This document shows positions 27,361-36,365 of a stretch of 64,000 bases of DNA, one piece after another. The notes under the pieces were generated by a model. It was given only the letters and a program-made list of their open reading frames with translations. It was not told the DNA's origin and did not search any database. Each line of letters opens with the position of its first letter. The first letter of the stretch is position 1. The translations under genes were made by a program, and so were the position numbers. Source of the DNA: Acidimicrobiales bacterium (GTDB lineage: Bacteria; Actinomycetota; Acidimicrobiia; Acidimicrobiales; CATQHL01); contig OZ220687.1 of the NCBI GenBank assembly GCA_965116465.1, positions 1,894,321-1,958,320 of the forward strand, read 5' to 3'.

Positions 27361-29412
27361 GTGACCTCGGTACGCATCGGGATCGACACCGGCGGCACCT
27401 TCACCGACCTGATCGCCTTCGACACCGCCGACGGCACCGTCAGCTCGCGCAAGGTGGCGTCGACGCCGGCGGAGCCGCTGCGGGCCTTCCTGGGCTCGAT
27501 CGAGGCCTCCGGCGTCGCCCCGGCGGACATCGCCTTCCTGGTGCACGGCACCACCGTGGCCACCAACACCATGATCCAGCGAGCCGGCGCCCGGGTGGGC
27601 TTCATCTGCACCGCCGGTCACGAGGACATCCCGTACATCCAGCGCGTCAACCGGCAGTTCCTCTACGACCTCACCTGGAACAAGCCGCGGCCGCTGCTGG
27701 TGAGCCGGCGGGACTGCTTCGGCGTCGCCGAGCGCATCACGGCCGACGGCGAGGTCCTGACACCTCTCACCGCCGAGGCGGTCGACGACCTCTGCGAGCG
27801 GCTTGCCGCCAACGGCGAACTCGAGGCGCTGGCGGTGTGCCTGCTGTTCTCGTACCTCAAGACCGACCACGAGCGAGCGCTGGCCGATGTTCTCCGTGAG
27901 CGGTTCCCGGACCTGCCCCTGTCGGTGAGCCACGAGGTCGCTCCCATCTGGCGGGAGTACGAGCGCTCCAGCACCGTCATCGCCGACGCCTACGTCAAGC
28001 CGCTGATGCAGGGTTACGTGGCCAGCCTGGCCGGAGGCCTGGCGGCGGCGGACATCGACGTCATCTGGGCGATGATGAAGTCCAACGGCGGCCTGATGAA
28101 CGCCGACGCCGCCGCCGACCACCCGATCCACCTGGCCATGTCCGGACCGGCGGGGGGTGCCGTGGCCAGCCGCCACGTGGCCGGCCTGCTGGGGCTCGAG
28201 AACGTGGTCACCATCGACGTCGGCGGCACCAGCGCAGACGTGGCGCTCATCCTGGACGGCGACGTGGGCTACACCACCTCCTACGAGGTGGAGTGGGGCA
28301 TCCCCGCGGCGATCCCGCTCATGGACATCCACACGGTCGGCGCCGGGGGCGGGTCGATCGCCTGGGTCAATGCGGGCGGTTTCCTGCAGGTGGGCCCGCA
28401 GAGTGCCGGCGCCGACCCCGGGCCCATCTGCTACGGGGCCGGCGGCACCGAGGTCACCCTCACCGACGCCAACCTGGTGCTGGGCCATCTCGACCCCGAC
28501 TACTTCTGCGGCGGGACGATGCGCCTCGACGGGGACCTCGCCCGCCGCGGGGTCGCCGACATGGCGGCGGGGCTGGACATGTCATCGCTGGAGTTGGCGC
28601 ACGCCGTCGTGGAGATCGCGGACGAGAACATGGCCAACGCCATCCGCATGGTGAGCATCGACCGGGGTCACGACCCGCGCCATTTCGCCTTGCTGGCCTT
28701 CGGCGGGGCCGGTCCACTGCACGGTGCCGCGGTGGCGCGCAAGCTGCACATTCCCACGCTGGTGGTTCCCCCCTTCCCCGGGAGCTTCTCGGCGCTCGGG
28801 CTGCTGCTGGGCGACCTCCGTGTCGACAAGCTCTGGACCCAGTCGTTCCGCTCGGACCGCGTCGGCCCCGCCGAGGTGGCCGAGCGCTTCGCCACCATCG
28901 CCCGGGCGGCCACCGAGGAATTGCGCGCCCAGGGCTTCGAGGGCGGGTGCGAGCTGCGCTACGCCATCAACATGCGCTACCTGGGCCAGAACTACGAGAC
29001 CGAGGTTGAGGTGCCACCGATCGACGCGCTCGACGCCGACGGCGCCGCGGCGCAGCTGGAGCTGGCCTACCAGGCCTTCCACGACCGCCATCGGGCCATG
29101 TACGAGTACGTCATCGCCGATGCCGTCATCGAGATGGTCAGCTTCCGGGTCTCGGCCATCGGCGCCATCCCCCATCCGCGCCTGGCCCGCGTCCGGCCCG
29201 AGAGCGGCCATGCCGAGACCACCCGGCAGGTGCACTTCGGCGGCGAGGGGCTGGTGGACTGTCGCGTGCTGCACCGCCGGGCGATGCCGATCGACACTGT
29301 GCTCGAAGGTCCTCTGATCGTCTCCGAGGAGGGTTCCACGACGCTCGTGGAACCGGGGATGCAGTTGCGCCGCACACCCGAGGACGTGCTGATCGTGGAG
29401 GTGGGCACGTGA
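27361..29412 (+). CDS. Hydantoinase/5-oxoprolinase subunit A (ATP-binding; HyuA / acetone-carboxylase-beta family)
   Basis: IGIDTGGTFTD, HGTTVATN, SGPAGG, DVGGTSAD, GAGGGSIA, SAGADPGP, FGGAGPLH. Confidence 0.92.
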   Translation: MTSVRIGIDTGGTFTDLIAFDTADGTVSSRKVASTPAEPLRAFLGSIEASGVAPADIAFLVHGTTVATNTMIQRAGARVGFICTAGHEDIPYIQRVNRQFLYDLTWNKPRPLLVSRRDCFGVAERITADGEVLTPLTAEAVDDLCERLAANGELEALAVCLLFSYLKTDHERALADVLRERFPDLPLSVSHEVAPIWREYERSSTVIADAYVKPLMQGYVASLAGGLAAADIDVIWAMMKSNGGLMNADAAADHPIHLAMSGPAGGAVASRHVAGLLGLENVVTIDVGGTSADVALILDGDVGYTTSYEVEWGIPAAIPLMDIHTVGAGGGSIAWVNAGGFLQVGPQSAGADPGPICYGAGGTEVTLTDANLVLGHLDPDYFCGGTMRLDGDLARRGVADMAAGLDMSSLELAHAVVEIADENMANAIRMVSIDRGHDPRHFALLAFGGAGPLHGAAVARKLHIPTLVVPPFPGSFSALGLLLGDLRVDKLWTQSFRSDRVGPAEVAERFATIARAATEELRAQGFEGGCELRYAINMRYLGQNYETEVEVPPIDALDADGAAAQLELAYQAFHDRHRAMYEYVIADAVIEMVSFRVSAIGAIPHPRLARVRPESGHAETTRQVHFGGEGLVDCRVLHRRAMPIDTVLEGPLIVSEEGSTTLVEPGMQLRRTPEDVLIVEVGT

Positions 29413-31250
29413 CAGCGCTGCTCACTCCTCCGGATAGCCCGCCGGCCGCCGCCGACCTCGCCGTCGACCAGGTCACCCTCACGGTCATCGACAACTACCT
29501 GGCCACCACCTGCCGCGAGATGGGCGTCGCCATGATGCGCACCGCCTACTCGCCGATGTTCAACGAGGCGCTGGACTTCTCCTGCGTGCTGTTCGACGCC
29601 AAGGGGCGGATGATCGCCCAGGCGGAGTTCTGCCCCTCCCAGATCGGGACCATCAAGTTCACCATCGAGTGGATGCTGGACGAGCTGGGCCCCGACGTGT
29701 ACCGCCCGGGCGACGTGATCGTCATGAACGACCCGTACCGGGGCAGCGGCCACATCCCCGAGCACACGCTGCTGAAGGCGGTGTTCCACGGCGACGAGAT
29801 CGTGGGGTTCGTGGCCAACTGCGCCCATCTGGCCGAGCCGGGCGCCAAGGCGCCCGGCGGGCTGGCCGGCGACGCCACCGACATCTTCCAGGAGGGTTTG
29901 CGCCTGCCGCCGCTGTGGCTGCAGCGCGAGGGCGTCCCCCAGGAGGACATCTGGAAGCTGATCTTCGCCAACCACCGCACGCCCAAGGTCACCTACGGCG
30001 ACCTCATGGCGATGGTCGGCTCGCTGAACGTCGCCGAACGACGCCTCACCAGCCTCATCGGCACCTACGGCTACGACACGGTGACGACGGCCACCGAGGA
30101 CCTGATCAACATCGCCGAGCGGCGCATGTCCGAGGAGATCCGCCGGATCCCCGACGGCGAGTACCGGTTCAGCGACATCATCGAGGACGACGGGGTGGCC
30201 GAGGGCTCCTACGTCGTGGAGTGCGCCGTCGTCGTGGACGGCGGCGAGGTGACCTGTGACTTCACCGGCTCGTCGGGGCAGGCCGCCGGGCCCATGAACG
30301 GCACCTATGCCGTCACGGCCTCGTCGGTCTACAACGCCTTCATGCACATCACCGACCCCACCATCCCGCGCAACGAGGGCTGCTACCGGCCCATCAACGT
30401 CATCGCCCCGCCGGGCACCATCCTGAACTGCGAGTTCCCGGCGCCGCTGGTGGGCGGCAACACCGAGTTGAGCCCGCGCATCACCGACATCATCTTCGGC
30501 GCACTGGCCGACGCGCTGCCCGACCGCATCCCCGCCTCCCATGGCGGCACGGTCTGCTGCTTCCTGTTCGGCGGCGAGCATCCCGAGACCGGTGAGCTGT
30601 ACTCGCACTTCCACTTCGAGGGCGTCGGCTGGGGCGGCCGCCCGATCGGCGACGGCGACAGCCAGGTCATCGTCATCATCGGCAACGCCCGCAACACCCC
30701 CGTGGAGATCTTCGAGACCCGTTACCCGCTGCGCGTGGAGTCCTACCGGCTGCTGGAGGACTCCGGCGGGCCGGGGCTGAACCGCGGCGGCCTCGGCGTC
30801 GAGCGGATCATGACCATCGAGGTCGACGAGGTGACCGTGAGCGCCCTCTTCAACCGGATGCTGGTGGACCCGTTCGGCATCCACGGCGGCAAGCCGGGCG
30901 CCAACAGCGGCATCTACGTGCGCCTCGCCGGCGAGGAGTCCTGGAGCACCTTCCGCGAGAAGTTCGGGACGATGTCACCCTCCAAGTTCTCCAACATCCT
31001 GCTGCACCGCGGCGACCAGGTGAAGATCCTGGCGCCCGGCGGCGGCGGCTGGGGCGACCCGCTGGAGCGCTCGGCGGACAGGGTGCTGGCCGACGTGGCC
31101 GAGGGTCTGGTCACGGCCGAGGGCGCCATGCGCGACTACGGCCTCGTCGTCGAGCACCGCGACGGCGCTTGGAAGACCGCGCCGACGCCGGCGAGGGCTG
31201 CGGCAGGGTCCACTACGCTCGTTGAACCGCAAAGCCCGGGGATGTCCTGA
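29409..31250 (+). CDS. Hydantoinase B/oxoprolinase family subunit, copy 1
   Basis: RTAYSPMFNEALDFSC, NDPYRG, EGLRLPP, DFTGS, NTPVEIFE, DSGGPG..RGG, PGGGGWGDP; GTGA overlap with subunit A. Confidence 0.92.
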   Translation: MTALLTPPDSPPAAADLAVDQVTLTVIDNYLATTCREMGVAMMRTAYSPMFNEALDFSCVLFDAKGRMIAQAEFCPSQIGTIKFTIEWMLDELGPDVYRPGDVIVMNDPYRGSGHIPEHTLLKAVFHGDEIVGFVANCAHLAEPGAKAPGGLAGDATDIFQEGLRLPPLWLQREGVPQEDIWKLIFANHRTPKVTYGDLMAMVGSLNVAERRLTSLIGTYGYDTVTTATEDLINIAERRMSEEIRRIPDGEYRFSDIIEDDGVAEGSYVVECAVVVDGGEVTCDFTGSSGQAAGPMNGTYAVTASSVYNAFMHITDPTIPRNEGCYRPINVIAPPGTILNCEFPAPLVGGNTELSPRITDIIFGALADALPDRIPASHGGTVCCFLFGGEHPETGELYSHFHFEGVGWGGRPIGDGDSQVIVIIGNARNTPVEIFETRYPLRVESYRLLEDSGGPGLNRGGLGVERIMTIEVDEVTVSALFNRMLVDPFGIHGGKPGANSGIYVRLAGEESWSTFREKFGTMSPSKFSNILLHRGDQVKILAPGGGGWGDPLERSADRVLADVAEGLVTAEGAMRDYGLVVEHRDGAWKTAPTPARAAAGSTTLVEPQSPGMS

Positions 31251-31266
31251 TTGTGGAGGCGAGTTC

Positions 31267-33069
31267 ATGACCGCATTGCTCACGCCCCCGGAGAACCCGT
31301 CGGTGGCCGCCGACCTGGTGGCCGATCAGGTCACGCTCACGGTCATCGACAACTACCTGGCCACCACCTGCCGCGAGATGGGCATCGCCATGATGCGCAC
31401 CGCCTACTCGCCGATGTTCAACGAGTCACTGGACTTCTCCTGCGTCCTGTTCGACGCCAAGGGCCGCCTCAGCGCCCAGGCCGAGTTCTGTCCCTCTCAG
31501 ATCGGCACGATCAAGTTCACCGTCGAGTGGATGATCGACGAGCTCGGTCCCGACATCTACCGCCCGGGCGACGTGATCATCATGAACGACCCCTACCGGG
31601 GCAGCGGCCACATCCCCGAGCACACCCTGCTGAAGGCGGTGTTCCACGGCGAGAAGATCGTGGGGTTCGTGGCCAACTGCGCTCACCTGGCCGAGCCGGG
31701 CGCCAAGGCGCCGGGCGGGCTGGCGGGCGACGCCACCGACATCTTCCAGGAGGGCCTGCGCATCCCGCCGCTGTGGTTGCAGCGCGAGGGCGTGCCCCAG
31801 GAGGACGTCTGGAAGATCATCTTCGCCAACCACCGCACGCCGAAGGTCACCTACGGCGACCTCATGGCCATGGTCGGCTCGCTGAACGTCGCCGAGCGAC
31901 GCCTCACGGGCCTCATCGACACCTACGGCTACGACACCGTCACCACCGCCACCGAGGATCTGATCAACATCGCCGAGCGGCGCATGTCCGAGGAGATCCG
32001 CCAGATCCCCGACGGCGAGTACCGCTTCAGCGACATCATCGAGGACGACGGCGTGGCGGAGGGGTCCTACGTGATCGACTGCACCGTCGTCGTGGACGGC
32101 GGCAACGTGGCCTGCGACTTCACCGGCTCCGACGGCCAGGCCGCCGGACCGATGAACGCCACGTACGCCGTCACGGCCTCGGCGGTCTACAACGCCTTCA
32201 TGCACATCACCGACCCCACCATCCCGCGCAACGAGGGCTGCTACCGGCCCATCAACATCATCGCCCCGCCGGGCACGATCCTTAACTGCGAGTTCCCGGC
32301 GCCGCTGGTGGGCGGCAACACCGAGGTGTCCCCCCGCATCACCGACATCATCTTCGGCGCCCTCGCCGAACCGCTGCCCGAGCGCATCCCCGCCTCCCTC
32401 GGCGGCACCTCGTGCTGCTTCCTGTTCGGCGGCCAGCACCCCGACAACGACGATCTGTACTCGCACTTCCACTTCGAGGGCATCGGCTGGGGAGGGCGGC
32501 CCGCCGCCGATGGCAACAGCCAGATCATCGTGATCAACGGCAACTGCCGGAACACGCCGGTGGAGGTGTTCGAGACCCGCTACCCACTGCGGGTGGACTC
32601 CTACCGCCTGCTGGAGGACTCCGGCGGCCCGGGGCTGAACCGCGGCGGCCTGGGCATCGAGCGCGTCCTGACCATGGTCGCCGACGAGGTGACCGTGAGC
32701 GCCATCTTCAACCGCATGCGAGTGGACCCCTTCGGCATCCACGGCGGCAAGCCGGGCGCCAACAGCGGCATCTTCGTACGGCTCGCCGGCGAGGAGCCTT
32801 GGAGCACGTTCAGCGAGAAGTTCGGCACGATGTCGCCGTCCAAGTTCTCCAACATCCGCCTGCGCCGGGGGGATCAGGTGAAGATCGTGGCGCCGGGCGG
32901 TGGCGGTTGGGGCGACCCGCTGGCGCGCTCGGCGGACAGGGTGGTGGCCGACGTGGCCGAGGGGCTCGTCACACCGGAGGCGGCGCAGCGCGACTACGGG
33001 CTGGTGGTGGAGCGCCGCAATGGCAACTGGGGCGCCGCGCCGACCGCGGAGAGGGCGTCGGCCCAATGA
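31267..33069 (+). CDS. Hydantoinase B/oxoprolinase family subunit, copy 2
   Basis: Same motifs as copy 1 (about 87% aa identity by manual count); ATG 31267 behind GGAGG. Confidence 0.92.
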   Translation: MTALLTPPENPSVAADLVADQVTLTVIDNYLATTCREMGIAMMRTAYSPMFNESLDFSCVLFDAKGRLSAQAEFCPSQIGTIKFTVEWMIDELGPDIYRPGDVIIMNDPYRGSGHIPEHTLLKAVFHGEKIVGFVANCAHLAEPGAKAPGGLAGDATDIFQEGLRIPPLWLQREGVPQEDVWKIIFANHRTPKVTYGDLMAMVGSLNVAERRLTGLIDTYGYDTVTTATEDLINIAERRMSEEIRQIPDGEYRFSDIIEDDGVAEGSYVIDCTVVVDGGNVACDFTGSDGQAAGPMNATYAVTASAVYNAFMHITDPTIPRNEGCYRPINIIAPPGTILNCEFPAPLVGGNTEVSPRITDIIFGALAEPLPERIPASLGGTSCCFLFGGQHPDNDDLYSHFHFEGIGWGGRPAADGNSQIIVINGNCRNTPVEVFETRYPLRVDSYRLLEDSGGPGLNRGGLGIERVLTMVADEVTVSAIFNRMRVDPFGIHGGKPGANSGIFVRLAGEEPWSTFSEKFGTMSPSKFSNIRLRRGDQVKIVAPGGGGWGDPLARSADRVVADVAEGLVTPEAAQRDYGLVVERRNGNWGAAPTAERASAQ

Positions 33070-33335
33070 GCGGGCGCTGGATCGAGCGGGAGCCCATGTA
33101 CCTGTCCTTCGACGTGTACAACTGCGCCTACTGCGGCAAGAACGTGCCCCGTCACGTCTGGCTGGAGGACGTCGACGGGGACGACGTGCCGTTCTGCACG
33201 CCCGAGGTGGCCGACATCCACCTGCGTACCCGCCTGCGCCACGACCCCACGGCCCGCCACCCGGATTCGGACCTGGGGATCACCGAGCAGCTCCGGATGG
33301 TACGCGAGAACTGCAAGGCCCTGCGCCGGGACTAG
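33066..33335 (+). CDS. 89-aa Cys-containing protein, TRASH/YHS-like (C-x2-C-x20-C)
   Basis: ATGA overlap with the HyuB2 stop; MSGRWIEREPMYLSFDVYNCAYCGKNVPRHVWLEDVDGDDVPFCTPEV...; high-GC3 codon usage. Confidence 0.75.
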   Translation: MSGRWIEREPMYLSFDVYNCAYCGKNVPRHVWLEDVDGDDVPFCTPEVADIHLRTRLRHDPTARHPDSDLGITEQLRMVRENCKALRRD

Positions 33336-33346
33336 GGAGTCCCGAC

Positions 33347-34255
33347 GTGCAGATCTTCCCGCCCGACGACCTGAAGTTCACCTACAGCGGCGAGCACGTC
33401 CCCATCGGGGTGGTCGAGCCGGGGGAGACGTTCGTCGTCGAGACCGAGGACTGCTTCACGAGACGCTTCCGCCGGCCCGAGGGGTTCACGCCCGAGAACC
33501 TGGCGTGGGTCCTCGAGAACCTCGACGGGGTGACGGGCCCGGTCGCCGTCGCCGGCGCCAAGCGTGGCGACGCGGTGGCGGTCACGCTCCACAAGGTGGA
33601 GGTTACGACGCCCGGCAGCGTGGCCTGGAGCCGCTGCGAGGCCGCCTCGCCGGTGGACTGGTGGGGCGAGTGGTACGCCTGCGACGGCCTCGAGGTGCGC
33701 GACGGCCACGTGCACGTCGGCGACCTGCGCATCGCCGCCCGCCCGCTCGTGGGCTGCATCGCCACAGCACCGGACCGCGAGACGGTGTTCTCCAAGATGC
33801 AGGGCCCCTACGGCGGGAACATGGACTGCAACGAGGTGCGCGAGGGGGCGACGGTGGTGCTGCCCGTCGAGGTGAACGGCGCCTACCTCTACTTCGGCGA
33901 CAGCAAGGCCCGGATGGGCGACGGCGAGGTGGTGCAGTCGCCGGAGGTGGGGACCCGGCTGGAGGTGTCGGTGGAGGTGGGGCCGCGGCCACCCGGGATG
34001 GGTTGGCCTCGCATTCTGAGCGACACCCAACTCGTCACGGTTGTGTCCGCTCGCAGCATCGACGAGGGATCCAAGCTGGCCTTCGCCGAGATGCTGGCGT
34101 GGTGCGGGTCCGCCTCAGGGTTGTCGCGTGCCGACACCGCCCTGGTTCTCGGCATGCTCGCCGACGTGGGCATCTGCCAGGTCGCCAACTTCCTGCCGAC
34201 GGCGCGTTGTGTCGTCGACCGGGCGGAACTCCCCTGGGAGCTGTCCGCTCTCTGA
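33347..34255 (+). CDS. Acetamidase/formamidase family protein
   Basis: ETEDCF, GPVAVAGAKRGD, GGNMDCN, LPVEVNGAYLYFGD, GDGEV; GTG 33347 behind GGGAG. Confidence 0.85.
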   Translation: MQIFPPDDLKFTYSGEHVPIGVVEPGETFVVETEDCFTRRFRRPEGFTPENLAWVLENLDGVTGPVAVAGAKRGDAVAVTLHKVEVTTPGSVAWSRCEAASPVDWWGEWYACDGLEVRDGHVHVGDLRIAARPLVGCIATAPDRETVFSKMQGPYGGNMDCNEVREGATVVLPVEVNGAYLYFGDSKARMGDGEVVQSPEVGTRLEVSVEVGPRPPGMGWPRILSDTQLVTVVSARSIDEGSKLAFAEMLAWCGSASGLSRADTALVLGMLADVGICQVANFLPTARCVVDRAELPWELSAL

Positions 34256-34282
34256 GCCCGACGGGTGATTCTGCAGAGGACG

Positions 34283-34534
34283 CTAGCTGCCCTCTGGGTA
34301 GCGGAGCGAGACGTTGTCATGGCTCAGCCCGGTCTCGTTCGGCGGCAGCCGGGCCCGGAGCATCTGCTCCATCATCTCCCGCGGCACCAGGCAGTCGGCG
34401 CAGGCGTCCGGACCGGCCACCACCTGCAGGGCGATCACGCCGGGTCGCAGGGAGACCTTGAGCGCGTAGCCGTCGGCCTCCAGCGCGCCGCTGAGCGGGC
34501 GTAGCAGTTGCCGTATGTGCTGCTCGCTCGTCAC
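34283..34534 (-). CDS. 83-aa NifU-C-terminal-like protein with CxxC (ACADCLVP)
   Basis: GTG 34534 overlaps the BKACE stop (GTGA); LSGALEADGYAL...GPDACADCLVPREMMEQML resembles the NifU C-terminal pattern (l.aDGg...gAC.gC). Confidence 0.65.
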   Translation of the reverse strand: MTSEQHIRQLLRPLSGALEADGYALKVSLRPGVIALQVVAGPDACADCLVPREMMEQMLRARLPPNETGLSHDNVSLRYPEGS

Positions 34535-35538
34535 GAACCGATCCCGAGCAGTTCCCTGTAGCGGGGGGTGGTCATGGGTTGCCGGCCCAGCAGACCGGCG
34601 ATGCCCGAGACCGTGTGCAGCGTCTCCAGGTTGGAGTTCACGAGGTCGTCCCGGTGCGGGTACTGCCATACGGTGTCCTCCATCCCGATCCTCACGTGCA
34701 GACCCATGAGCATCGCCAGCGTCACGAGATAGACCGACGCTCGCCCGGCGGCGCAGACCGAGATCACCGACTCGGGGTCGATGTCGTGGATCGAGTCCAC
34801 GATGCGCATGAGCCCTTGGATCATCTGGCGTGGGTTGTGCATCGGGCTGCAGCCGGGCAGGGCAGGAAGCACCACCCAATACAGCGGTCCCCGGACCAGC
34901 CCCGACTTGATGAGGTAGCGGTCGGCGTTGTCCACGTCGGCGTCGGTGTACACGGCGATCTCGGGCTTCACCCCGGCGTCCTGCAGGATGCGTGCCTTCT
35001 CGATCATGACTGCGGGCGGCTTGGCGAACAGCGTGTCGCCCACGAACGTGGCCGTGGTGTTCACGGGTGATCCGGTGACCAGACCCGACTCGCTGAGGCG
35101 CTGCATGTCCTTCCAGTCGTCGGGGCCGATCGCCACTTCGCCGGCCGAGATGTAGAGGTCGCCGTAGTCGGCGTGGAGCGGCTCCAGCACTGTCACGAAG
35201 CGCTCCAGGTCGAGGATCGAGAACTCCTGCTCGTTGCGTACGTGGATGTGCAGGGAGGTTGCGCCGGCATCCATGCACTCGCGGGAGGCCTGCAGGATCT
35301 CGTCGGTGCTGATTGGCTGCGCCGGGTTGTCCCGGCTCATGAAGAAGCCGCCCGTGACGGCCACCGAGATCGCCACCTCGTCGGGAATCGACCAGCGGGG
35401 CGCCACGTCCACGTCCGCGTAACGCGAGGTGAACGGGTTTGTGATGTCGGGGAGGCCGTACGGTTTCAGAACGGCGCGGGTGTTGCTCCGGCCGATGTAC
35501 TGCTGCACCCGGTCCCAGTTGATGCGGTCGTTCTGCAC
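34531..35538 (-). CDS. Beta-keto acid cleavage enzyme (BKACE / Kce / DUF849 family)
   Basis: ISVAVTGG, GATSLHIHVR (HxH Zn motif), GLHVRIGMEDT; GTG 35538 behind AAAGGAG. Confidence 0.9.
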   Translation of the reverse strand: MQNDRINWDRVQQYIGRSNTRAVLKPYGLPDITNPFTSRYADVDVAPRWSIPDEVAISVAVTGGFFMSRDNPAQPISTDEILQASRECMDAGATSLHIHVRNEQEFSILDLERFVTVLEPLHADYGDLYISAGEVAIGPDDWKDMQRLSESGLVTGSPVNTTATFVGDTLFAKPPAVMIEKARILQDAGVKPEIAVYTDADVDNADRYLIKSGLVRGPLYWVVLPALPGCSPMHNPRQMIQGLMRIVDSIHDIDPESVISVCAAGRASVYLVTLAMLMGLHVRIGMEDTVWQYPHRDDLVNSNLETLHTVSGIAGLLGRQPMTTPRYRELLGIGS

Positions 35539-35618
35539 GAGAGCTCCTTTCGATTCCAGTGCTTGCGAGAATCCTGTCGGCGAATGCCACGATGGGCGGA
35601 CGTCGGTCCTGCCGACGG

Positions 35619-36365
35619 TCAGTCCAGTTTGTACGGGCGGAAGCCTCCGTCCACTTGTACGACGTCGCCGGTGACGAACGACGCCGCATCTGAGAGCAGG
35701 AACAGTACGACCTCGGCGATCTCCTGCGGCGTGGCGAACCGATCCACGGCGTGCGTGGCCTGGGCGGCGTCGCCGTCCACGAGCCCCGACGCCACCGCCC
35801 GCTCCAGCAGCGGCGTCGCCACCATGCCCGGCGCCACGCAGTTGACGCGAATGTTGTGCTCGGCCCACTCGACGGCCAGAACCTGCGTGAGCCCGCCGAC
35901 GCCCGCCTTCGACGCCGTGTAGGGCGAGCGACCGGGGAAACCGAACCACATCGCAATCGAGCCGACCGTCACGATCGAACCGCCGCCGGCGTCGCGCATC
36001 GATCGTCCGGCCGCCTGGCACCAGTAGAACGTGCCCGACAGGTTCACATTGATGACCCTTTGCCAATCCGCGGCGGCCATCGTGAAGCTGTCGCCGGCGA
36101 TCTGGATCCCCGCACAGGTCACCAGGTGGCCGATGGGTGAGCGCCAGGCCAGGATCTCCTCGGCAGCGCGGTTCACGGCGTCCGGGTCGGTCACATCCGA
36201 CAGCACGAGACGCACTCTGCCGCCGTGGAGCTGCCGGAGCGTTTCCGCTTGGCCTTCGTCGCGGTCGACCAGGGCGCAGGAGACTTCCGGGCGGCGCTCC
36301 AGCAGGCTCTGGGCCACTTGCAGGCCGATGCCGCTGGTGCCGCCGGTGATGACCGCCACGCTCAT
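35619..36365 (-). CDS. Short-chain dehydrogenase/reductase
   Basis: TGGTSGIG, YTASK, RVNCVAPG, TGDVVQVDGG. Confidence 0.93.
   Translation of the reverse strand: MSVAVITGGTSGIGLQVAQSLLERRPEVSCALVDRDEGQAETLRQLHGGRVRLVLSDVTDPDAVNRAAEEILAWRSPIGHLVTCAGIQIAGDSFTMAAADWQRVINVNLSGTFYWCQAAGRSMRDAGGGSIVTVGSIAMWFGFPGRSPYTASKAGVGGLTQVLAVEWAEHNIRVNCVAPGMVATPLLERAVASGLVDGDAAQATHAVDRFATPQEIAEVVLFLLSDAASFVTGDVVQVDGGFRPYKLD

Noticed and set aside
24231-33066. Antisense ORFs 24231..27611, 27232..28488, 29067..30884, 31426..33066 and similar ones at 42671..44662 and 49985..52129
   Set aside because: Same shadow-ORF artefact; the opposite strand carries clear protein families.
33066-33335. Calling the 89-aa protein an acetone/acetophenone carboxylase gamma subunit
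   Set aside because: Too short and lacks the second CxxC pair; reported only as a gamma-like candidate.
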